From contig OZ245331.1 of the NCBI GenBank assembly GCA_965226155.1, positions 1,182,064 through 1,246,063 of the forward strand: DNA of 64,000 nt, read 5' to 3'. The notes below the pieces were generated by a model. It had not been told where the DNA came from and made no database searches. It saw nothing but the letters and a program-made list of their open reading frames with translations. Below, piece after piece: positions 20,863-28,005 of the stretch. The translations under genes were made by a program, and so were the position numbers. This DNA comes from Gammaproteobacteria bacterium. GTDB lineage: Bacteria; Pseudomonadota; Gammaproteobacteria; Eutrophobiales; Eutrophobiaceae. Every line of letters begins with the position of its first letter. The stretch's first letter is position 1.

Positions 20863-21265
20863 TGAGTTATACCAGTTAGCAAACTATCTAATCCCCGAGA
20901 GTGAAAATTGGTTTTGAAAGTAGTAGTAGAGAGTATACCGATTGTCGATATCACTGGAAACTTCTGCCGGTATGAAAAAGCATTGGTCGAACTATTCCCC
21001 GTAGACAGATGAAGTAGCAGCCATAATATCTAACAGGAAAAGCCTGAAGTACTGAAATGGCTTGTTTCCAAGTTATCGGTAATCCACGATATTGATTTTA
21101 AATTTTCGAATCTGGCAGAATTGAACTATTCTTTGGAAAAATAAGCACTAAATGATAGAGCGTTTCTCCAGATGTCGCTTAAAAGAGACAGGCCAATTCG
21201 AAAAGTGTATTATGTTTTTCCCGTTCGGCTAATTTTTATCAAGTAACACTTTAATGTCAAAGATT

Positions 21266-21339
21266 ACGCCCGTAGCTCAGTTGGATAGAGTGTTGGCCTC
21301 CGAAGCCAAAGGTCGTGAGTTCGAATCTCGCCGGGCGCG
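21266..21339 (+). tRNA. tRNA-Arg (anticodon CCG)
   Basis: Hand-folded cloverleaf: acceptor ACGCCCG/CGGGCGC, D arm GCTC/GAGT, anticodon stem TTGGC/GCCAA with loop CTCCGAA, T arm GTGAG-TTCGAAT-CTCGC. Close to E. coli tRNA-Arg(CCG). Position 1 is A opposite C72. Confidence 0.85.
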
Positions 21340-21381
21340 CCGTCTTCTCTCGTTATTAAGGAAAATCAACTTTAAAACTCA

Positions 21382-21409
21382 ATGTCCGCTTTTGACCCAA
21401 AGCGGACGT
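21382..21409. repeat. REP-like palindromic element (copy a)
   Basis: ATGTCCGCTTTTGACCCAAAGCGGACGT; 9-bp stem GTCCGCTTT/AAAGCGGAC. Confidence 0.8.
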
Positions 21410-21611
21410 CGGTACTAATAAAAATTACTACTGATTTTTAGTTAAAATAGAAAAGTCCATTGTTGATATAGATAAGAGTTTTGGTACTATTATCGAGCAA
21501 TTCATCTGTTATTGATTACATGGAGTAAAAGTGGAACGAGATGTGTAGATTTGTCACTATATTTAATGAAAGCAGATACCTATGCCTTGCATAACCAGAG
21601 GATAACACATC

Positions 21612-22376
21612 ATGATAAAAAACTTCCTAACTGTAGCGATCATCGTTGGTTATCTATTTTCCTCACAAGTGGTCGCTAGTCCAGAAAACGTCGATATCTT
21701 CTTCATCCAGCCAACTCAGGATGATCCAGCCAATGCGAATTTTTTATCTGTTTATGATTTAACTACAGTCACAGCACCGACGCTCGCCACGGGAAAGGAG
21801 CATTTCACTCTCGAACTTGGTATATCACATTTTTATATCGGCGATTTAAAAGACTTTGGTGATAACGACGGGGTACTCACCATATCGATTAAAACTGACC
21901 AATCGATAAAAGAGAGATTAGGAATCGGGGGAGAATTGAAATGGATAAAAACTTTCACAGAATCAGATGATAGTAGAGTGGTTGGATTCAATGCAAAAGA
22001 TGTATTCAAAGAAGTTCCTATTGTGAAAGAATTGGTTCTAAGAATTGACCTATATGAACAGGATGGAGATAAGTTGCAAGAGCTCAACGATATTAAAAAT
22101 TTAATATTCGATAACAAAGATCCTGTTATAAGCGTCGCCAATGGCAACGAGTATATTTCGATTGCAACTGGTGTCTTTAAATTCGCATTGCGCAATTATC
22201 AAAAAGATGATTCCAAATGGGAAACAACGGACATGAGTTTTGATATATCGCCAAAAGAGGGTTTTCCATTCCTTAGACCTGGCAGGTGGTTAATCATTAC
22301 AGATAGCGATGATGAGGATTATAAAGTTACGACAAGTGACTATAATTTTGATTTTAAAAAAATGCTTTGGTGCTAA
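21612..22376 (+). CDS. hypothetical secreted protein
   Basis: 254-aa ORF with signal peptide MIKNFLTVAIIVGYLFSSQVVASP; no family recognised; lies in the tRNA-Arg islet. Confidence 0.55.
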   Translation: MIKNFLTVAIIVGYLFSSQVVASPENVDIFFIQPTQDDPANANFLSVYDLTTVTAPTLATGKEHFTLELGISHFYIGDLKDFGDNDGVLTISIKTDQSIKERLGIGGELKWIKTFTESDDSRVVGFNAKDVFKEVPIVKELVLRIDLYEQDGDKLQELNDIKNLIFDNKDPVISVANGNEYISIATGVFKFALRNYQKDDSKWETTDMSFDISPKEGFPFLRPGRWLIITDSDDEDYKVTTSDYNFDFKKMLWC

Positions 22377-22594
22377 CCGATGAAGCAGATGAAAATGGGA
22401 AAGATTTACCCACCTATGTCATTTTGAGTATTTCGATGGAGTAAAAATAAGAAGCCCTAAAATACTTTAATTGAACCTAGAATGAAGGGGGTGGGTATGC
22501 ATCTAGCTTTAGTATGAAGGTGTCTAGTACCACTCTCTAAATTCAAATCAGATTTTAACTCGTTATAACATCCTAAGATAAGTAGATGTGCTGA

Positions 22595-22623
22595 ACGTCC
22601 GCTATTGGCACAAAGCGGACATT
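22595..22623. repeat. REP-like palindromic element (copy b)
   Basis: ACGTCCGCTATTGGCACAAAGCGGACATT; its core GTCCGCTATTGGCACAAAGCGGACAT is the exact reverse complement of the corresponding core of copy h at 60684. Confidence 0.8.
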
Positions 22624-22667
22624 AAGGCATAGATTTGGGTATGATTGGTTCAGGCAGGTAATTTGAG

Positions 22668-22735
22668 GCGCTCGATCCAGTGCCCACTTTTATCCTTCCG
22701 GGCGCGCTATCTTCTTCTCATATTGAAGAAAATAT
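22668..22735. repeat. direct repeat of the tRNA-Arg 3' end and downstream sequence (att-like, repeat B)
   Basis: CCGGGCGCGCTATCTTCTTCTCATATTGAAGAAAAT resembles 21331-21366 (CCGGGCGCGCCGTCTTCTCTCGTTATTAAGGAAAAT). Its upstream 30 bp recurs at 24963-25003. Confidence 0.65.
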
Positions 22736-22738
22736 TTT

Positions 22739-22766
22739 AGTCTGCTTTCGCCTAACAGCTGACTGT
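22739..22766. repeat. degenerate REP-like element (copy b')
   Basis: AGTCTGCTTTCGCCTAACAGCTGACTGT is the inverted counterpart of 24862-24890. Confidence 0.55.
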
Positions 22767-22889
22767 GGCCACTACTAATTCTTTTTTTAAAGGAATAGGG
22801 TATCATTATCCGGCAATTCAACCATTATCGGTCTCATGGTACAAAGGAGGAGAGAGAAGATAGTTATGCTTCACAGAATTGGGTTTATT

Positions 22890-23957
22890 CGTGAATTCAA
22901 TTTGTAAGTGCAACTCAATTAGGTGGCACGAACGGCAAGCTGCGGTAGCATCCTTACCTTTCGTTCCAGCAAGAAAGAGAGGCACAGATGAGACACTACA
23001 CACAGCTTACCGAGCATCAACGTTACCAGATTTACGCCCTGATGAAAGCAGGACATACACAAACGGAGATAGCCGCCTTGATAGGCGTGCATAAATCTAC
23101 TATTAGCCGTGAACTCAGACGCAACCGTGGCTTGAGAGGCTATCGACCCCGCCAAGCTCAATTGCTCCGGCAAGCGCGTCGAGAAGCCAGCCAACAACAG
23201 CGACTCCCCACGACCTTGTGGGAGCGAGTAGAGGTCTGGCTGCGGGACGAATGGAGTCCTGAGCAAATCAGTGACTGGCTGCATAAACGAGAAGGTATCG
23301 CTCTGAGTCATGAATGGATATATCACTACATATACCAGGACAAGGCAGACGGCGGTGAGCTGTACCGGTACTTGCGTTGCCAGAAGAAACGAAAGAAGCG
23401 TTATGGTAGTTATCAACGTCGTGGGGTTCTGGTGAATCAGGGCAGCATTGATAAGCGTCCCGCCATTGTGAACAGGAAGACACGCATCGGTGGCTGGGAA
23501 GTGGACACCGTCATCGGCAAAGGCCATCGACAGGCGCTGGTCACCTTGAGCGAGCGCAAGTCGATGTACACCTTGATTGCACAGGTGAAACGACGAACTG
23601 CCTCTGCCGTCAGGCAAGCTATCGTGCGATTGTTATCTAATATGAAGGCGTCGGTTCACACGATCACCTCGGATAATGGAAAAGAATTTGCTGAGCATGA
23701 GGTTATTGCTCAACAATTGAACGCGGGGTTCTATTTTGCACATCCTTATGCCTCCTGGGAACGGGGTTTAAATAAAAATATCAATGGTCTCATTCGACAG
23801 TACTTCCCAAAGAAAATGGACTTCAGCACGATTACACAAAAGCAGTTAAACTTGGTCATGGAAAAACTCAATCACCGTCCCAGAAAAACACTTAATTCAA
23901 AAACACCACATGAAGTCTTTTTTAACATCAACGTTGCACTTCAAAGTTGAATCCGCG
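22890..23957 (+). mobile_element. IS30-family insertion sequence, copy 2 (intact, 1068 bp)
   Basis: Same ends as copy 1; flanked by an ATT/ATT duplication; a few substitutions relative to copy 1. Confidence 0.9.
22988..23950 (+). CDS. IS30-family DDE transposase
   Basis: 320 aa; differs from the copy 1 transposase at a handful of residues (e.g. GLGGY/GLRGY, IGDWE/IGGWE). Confidence 0.9.
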   Translation: MRHYTQLTEHQRYQIYALMKAGHTQTEIAALIGVHKSTISRELRRNRGLRGYRPRQAQLLRQARREASQQQRLPTTLWERVEVWLRDEWSPEQISDWLHKREGIALSHEWIYHYIYQDKADGGELYRYLRCQKKRKKRYGSYQRRGVLVNQGSIDKRPAIVNRKTRIGGWEVDTVIGKGHRQALVTLSERKSMYTLIAQVKRRTASAVRQAIVRLLSNMKASVHTITSDNGKEFAEHEVIAQQLNAGFYFAHPYASWERGLNKNINGLIRQYFPKKMDFSTITQKQLNLVMEKLNHRPRKTLNSKTPHEVFFNINVALQS

Positions 23958-24070
23958 ATTTTTAAATACCCACCGAATCTTACAAAGTATATCAGGACCG
24001 TTACTGCGGTAATCTGCGTCGTGGCCTCTTACTCGCGCCGCAAGGTGCGTACGCAGGGAAAATAGAGAAA

Positions 24071-24484
24071 ATGGACTGGCATGTATGGCAAAATGTCTTT
24101 GCCGGGGTTGAAAACTGGGTTCGCGATATAATCGGGGCTGGTAAGGTTGCAACGGGGTTCCACCATTTGCGCGTTTTGGCTAACACCGATGATGATTGTA
24201 CTTTTTCATCGCATGGCGGAGACAACTCGAAGAGCTTTGATAGCGTTTGGACCGGGTTAGACTTAACGAAGAGCCGACCCATACTCAGTAAGAAAAAATC
24301 GGAAAGTTGCGCGGATAACGCTCGCAAGGTTGATTGTGTCGCCTACACGTCAGAATACAAGCAGTACGTCGGTATCTCAATGAAGGGCTTCGACCTAAGC
24401 ATAAAACTCGCAACAAGCTCTTATACCTTGAAAGTTTGCGCTGATGGTACTAAATCGATTGAGGACGAAAACCATGACCCGTAA
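24071..24484 (+). CDS. hypothetical protein
   Basis: 137-aa ORF, visibly more GC-rich than the surroundings. Its end overlaps the start of the next ORF by 11 nt (ATGACCCGTAA). No family recognised. Confidence 0.45.
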   Translation: MDWHVWQNVFAGVENWVRDIIGAGKVATGFHHLRVLANTDDDCTFSSHGGDNSKSFDSVWTGLDLTKSRPILSKKKSESCADNARKVDCVAYTSEYKQYVGISMKGFDLSIKLATSSYTLKVCADGTKSIEDENHDP

Positions 24485-24680
24485 AAGAAAGACAATCATA
24501 GCAATCGCAACCATTGTCGTCATCGCACTGTCGATATCGCTCCAGCCCGTTGATCCGAACTTCGCTAATCTACCCTCCCTATCGTTAGTTGCTCAGCTCA
24601 TTTCAGGTCTTAGCCTCCTGGCGGTAGTCGTATTAGTTGTCTCAACAATCGTATTGTTAGTGAGAAAGCTAATCAACTAA
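24474..24680 (+). CDS. small two-TM membrane protein
   Basis: Start chosen at ATG 24474 (MTRKRKTIIAIATIVVIALSI...), coupled to the preceding ORF; hydrophobic segments at both ends. Confidence 0.4.
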   Translation: MTRKRKTIIAIATIVVIALSISLQPVDPNFANLPSLSLVAQLISGLSLLAVVVLVVSTIVLLVRKLIN

Positions 24681-24758
24681 TTAAATCATCTCTCTTGCTT
24701 TAGCTAAAACAAAAATACCCAGAAATAAAGATGAGGCTATTAATCAAGATATTTTTTT

Positions 24759-24945
24759 AACTTTATTAGTCGGTATTCAACCAGACAGGCAGTGCCAGAT
24801 ATGTCCAAACTCGAACGTCCGCTTACGAGGGTGAAGCTGATTGTCGTACTAAAGATGTGTGACAGTCCGCTGTTAGGCGAAAGGAGACATTAAGACGAGA
24901 ACAAATCTGACTATTTTGTCTTGTCGAATACCGACTAATAATGTT
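24759..24945. mobile_element. MITE-like element / long imperfect palindrome with 29-bp terminal inverted repeats
   Basis: AACTTTATTAGTCGGTATTCAACCAGACA (24759-24787) versus the reverse complement of 24917-24945, AACATTATTAGTCGGTATTCGACAAGACA: 26/29 identical. No ORF inside. Confidence 0.55.
24862..24890. repeat. degenerate REP-like element (copy c')
   Basis: ACAGTCCGCTGTTAGGCGAAAGGAGACAT, inside the MITE-like element. Confidence 0.55.
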
Positions 24946-24962
24946 TAAATAGGGAGTCTTAC

Positions 24963-25003
24963 GCGCTCAATCCAGTGCCCACTTTTATCCTTCTTGGCGC
25001 GCC
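24963..25003. repeat. att-like repeat C
   Basis: GCGCTCAATCCAGTGCCCACTTTTATCCTTCTTGGCGCGCC versus 22668-22708 GCGCTCGATCCAGTGCCCACTTTTATCCTTCCGGGCGCGCT. Confidence 0.65.
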
Positions 25004-25035
25004 ATTCATAGATGAGATACTTTCTAGACTAGCAG

Positions 25036-25713
25036 ATGTCGAATCTTATTAATGATAAGAGTCCATTTCTGCATACAGGCATGAAATCCACATCTGGTTA
25101 TCTAAATCAAAGTATTTTGCTATTTTTATTTTGCGCTTTGGTAGCCTGTGCTTCAGCTCCACCGCGAGAACAGGAAAATCTTTGCTCGGTCTTTAAACAG
25201 AATCCAGACTGGTATGATTATGCTAAGTTGTCTGAAAAGAAATGGGGTGTTCCGGCACATATTCTTATGGCCTTTGTTAAGCATGAGTCCAGTTATCGCC
25301 ATGATGCGAAGCCGGCATATGATTGGTTTTTATTTATTCCTCTCGGGCGACCATCTTCTGCCGAAGGCTATGCACAAATACAAGATCCTGCTTGGCAGGA
25401 TTATAAGAAAGAAACTGGTGGATTATTTAAGAGTCGTTCGGATATGGAAGATGCCTTGGATTTTATAGGCTGGTATAACAACAAGAGTAACAAGTTGCTC
25501 GGCATTTCAAAATGGGATCCAAAGCAGCTTTATCTTGCTTATCATGAAGGACATGGTGGATATAAACGCGGGAGCTACCGAAAAAAATCCGATCTATTGA
25601 TGATAGCTGATCGTGTGGATACAACAGCACGGGAATATGGCGCTCAATTACGTCAATGTGAAGACCAATTTAAATGTCAAAAATGGCACCAAGTCTGGCC
25701 GTTGTGCAGATAA
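25036..25713 (+). CDS. SLT-domain lytic transglycosylase lipoprotein
   Basis: Lipobox LVAC; catalytic-type motif FVKHESSY plus AEGYAQI, typical of soluble lytic transglycosylase folds. The true start may be the internal ATG at 25081. Confidence 0.7.
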   Translation: MSNLINDKSPFLHTGMKSTSGYLNQSILLFLFCALVACASAPPREQENLCSVFKQNPDWYDYAKLSEKKWGVPAHILMAFVKHESSYRHDAKPAYDWFLFIPLGRPSSAEGYAQIQDPAWQDYKKETGGLFKSRSDMEDALDFIGWYNNKSNKLLGISKWDPKQLYLAYHEGHGGYKRGSYRKKSDLLMIADRVDTTAREYGAQLRQCEDQFKCQKWHQVWPLCR

Positions 25714-25859
25714 ACAAGTTACTCTTAATGTTTGAGACTTTAATAGGACCTGAAGGTAATTTGAGTTTTTAGATAATAAAGAACACCGCGGTGGTGGCGT
25801 AGCAGTGTTTTATAAAAATCGTGTGCTTGATTTAAATTCCAAATATTGCCTCTGATAGG

Positions 25860-25889
25860 AATGCCCGCTTTCGACCCAAAGCAGACATT
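25860..25889. repeat. REP-like palindromic element (copy d)
   Basis: AATGCCCGCTTTCGACCCAAAGCAGACATT. Confidence 0.75.
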
Positions 25890-26101
25890 CGCTAAATCAG
25901 CCATTTCATAGCTATGCCTCATATATAAATGTAATTTCTACCCCACACTGAGCTAAAATTAAGTCTGGCAGGTCGCTAAAAGGCATTGATAGGGGATAGG
26001 GAGATGGCCCAGAATCTTAAAATATTCTGGATTTAAAAAGTTAATTTTTAAGAATAAAGACCTGACTCCACATATACAGTTAAAGAACTATGGAGGTGAG
26101 C

Positions 26102-26716
26102 ATGGCTGGTAGTACAAATATGATCTGTCCTAGCTGTGGGACCTTTCAAGATCTGGCAGAGGTATGTAGCAAATGTGGTGTTATTATCGAGAAGGTTTTG
26201 AATGCTGCTGTTAATTATGCTGATAAGAAATCAGCTGAGTCTGAAAATAACAGATCCTTGACAGCCAAAATTGCAGTGATGTTACTGATCACCATTCCTG
26301 TTATCGGATTTATACTATTTTCAGGAACAGATAATGGCCAGGAAACGGTCGGAAATTCAAACGATCAAGAAAAAACAGATAAGCTACAATCAAGTGAAAG
26401 GATCGCCGCATTTAATCCCGCCATTGCAGAAAATGTTCAGCGTACCAACGTAAAAAGTAAATTACATTCGATTAGAACGAATTTGAATGTTTATCTGGTG
26501 GAGGGAGGCGACCCGCCAACAAATGAAGAAGGGCTGCAGTTATTGGTAGACAGCGGTTATCTGTCGCAAGCTGAAATAACTGATGAATGGGGTAATATTT
26601 ATGAGTACCGGCTGGAATTGGATAAAGAGACGCCATGGGGGCAGGAATACAAGATCTTTGTGCATTCCCGTGGACCAGATGGTGTCTCTGGTAACGCAGA
26701 TGATGTGGGTATTTAA
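26102..26716 (+). CDS. zinc-ribbon / single-TM / GspG-like (T2SS pseudopilin globular domain) fusion protein
   Basis: Start at ATG 26102, preceded by GGAGGTG. CPSCG...CSKCG ribbon, TM IAVMLLITIPVIGFILF. C-terminus NEEGLQLLVDSGYL...DEWGNIYEY...SRGPDGVSGNADDVGI resembles the GspG C-terminal domain. Confidence 0.7.
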   Translation: MAGSTNMICPSCGTFQDLAEVCSKCGVIIEKVLNAAVNYADKKSAESENNRSLTAKIAVMLLITIPVIGFILFSGTDNGQETVGNSNDQEKTDKLQSSERIAAFNPAIAENVQRTNVKSKLHSIRTNLNVYLVEGGDPPTNEEGLQLLVDSGYLSQAEITDEWGNIYEYRLELDKETPWGQEYKIFVHSRGPDGVSGNADDVGI

Positions 26717-26722
26717 CACCTA

Positions 26723-27034
26723 TTAGTAATTTGTGTTATTGAACTGCTGGCCTTGCTCCAGTTGCTTTTTTATCTCGGGGTCAAGATTCGCTCCGCCGCC
26801 ATATTTAGATTGTATGGCTGACTCCAACATTTGATTTGCCATATTATCCTGTACCTGTTTAAGCATTGCCTCACTTTGCTGTTGGGCATTGGCCTCCGCT
26901 GCCGCTTGTCGTTCTTCTTCAACAGCTGCCTTTCTGCCGTTGTAAAGATAAAATACCAGTCCAATGCAGCCGAGTATAACCAGAACTTTGACAAGTCCAA
27001 TACCATTACTGGCGGATCTCTTGAGTGCTTTCAT
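26723..27034 (-). CDS. small N-terminally anchored coiled-coil protein
   Basis: 103 aa; TM GLVKVLVILGCIGLVFYLY followed by a Q/A/E-rich helix; no family recognised. Confidence 0.45.
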   Translation of the reverse strand: MKALKRSASNGIGLVKVLVILGCIGLVFYLYNGRKAAVEEERQAAAEANAQQQSEAMLKQVQDNMANQMLESAIQSKYGGGANLDPEIKKQLEQGQQFNNTNY

Positions 27035-27085
27035 TCTGCCACACCTTCATTATTGATATTAATTAAATAGCATAATAACAAATGT

Positions 27086-27115
27086 AATGTCCGCTATCGA
27101 CCCAAAGCGGACATT
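27086..27115. repeat. REP-like palindromic element (copy e)
   Basis: AATGTCCGCTATCGACCCAAAGCGGACATT. Confidence 0.8.
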
Positions 27116-27173
27116 CGATACATAAGCCTTAGATATATTCAATAATTCTTAGAAGTGAGAGCATTGCCGTTTT

Positions 27174-27413
27174 TTATTTATTACTTAGTCTCTGTTGCTT
27201 CTCCAGGTCCACGCGCAACTTGGCAATTTTAACAGTAGTAAAGTTCCCTGACCTGTTCACTAGAAACAATCCTATAATAGCGGCAAGTCCCATGAGGTTA
27301 CGGTTTTCGGCATAGAGAATAGCATATATCCCAACGGATATTACGGCGATAAATAGTAACCAATCCACCGCTTGCATTAGGAAGATTTTATATTTTATTT
27401 GTCCTTCATTCAT
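27174..27413 (-). CDS. small two-TM membrane protein
   Basis: 79-aa ORF with two hydrophobic helices; no family recognised. Confidence 0.4.
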   Translation of the reverse strand: MNEGQIKYKIFLMQAVDWLLFIAVISVGIYAILYAENRNLMGLAAIIGLFLVNRSGNFTTVKIAKLRVDLEKQQRLSNK

Positions 27414-27532
27414 ACGGTAAAGTATATAACCATGGTTTATAGTTGTAATACTGTTAAATACTCTTATGGGAAGTTTATCACAACGAAGTTAGACAATTAA
27501 CGCTAAAAACTGTGAGCTTGTTGTCAGCTCTG

Positions 27533-27562
27533 AATGTCCACTTTTGGCACAAAGCAGACACT
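27533..27562. repeat. REP-like palindromic element (copy f)
   Basis: AATGTCCACTTTTGGCACAAAGCAGACACT. Confidence 0.75.
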
Positions 27563-27566
27563 AGTC

Positions 27567-27949
27567 CTAGGATTTTTTGCGTCCCCCCAAACTCAATTCA
27601 CCTGGCCCTACAGCTAAGAGAATTAGTAAGCCTCCAATCATAGAAATTTCCTTAAGAAAAATGCCGGTTTGCAAATTAAAAATAAATGCAGTGCATATTG
27701 TAAAAATGATCAGGCAAAATGTAGCAAACCTGGTTTGGAAGCCAATTATAATAGCAAGTCCTGAAAACAACTTAACTGTTAATGCTATCCAAACTAATAA
27801 AGCGGGGACACCTTTTCTGCGGCCATTTCAATGGGGACAACAGGTCCGATAAGTGGGTTGAAATTAAAAATAAAATTAATATAAGCCCACACCAACAGGA
27901 CGCGGCCAAAAAGCAAGACATACTTATTATTGTCTACAATATTTACCAT
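27567..27949 (-). pseudogene. DoxX-family membrane protein, frameshifted
   Basis: ATG 27949 (SD GGGAGAA upstream) reads MVNIVDNNKYVLLFGRVLLVWAY...PIEMAAE, then hits a stop. The DoxX-like remainder KGVPALLVWIALTVKLFSGLAIIIGFQTRFATF... continues in another frame. The junction is at the 4-nt homopolymer run at 27813-27816. Confidence 0.65.
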
Positions 27950-28005
27950 AATTATTTCTCCCAAGTATTAAAAGATCTAAAAGTAGGGCTATTGATCAGA
28001 GAGTA

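Noticed and set aside
21382-27562. The repeated palindromes as a CRISPR array.
   Set aside because: Copies are separated by 0.4-3 kb of gene-containing sequence rather than regular 25-40 bp spacers, the repeats are imperfect, and no cas genes are present.
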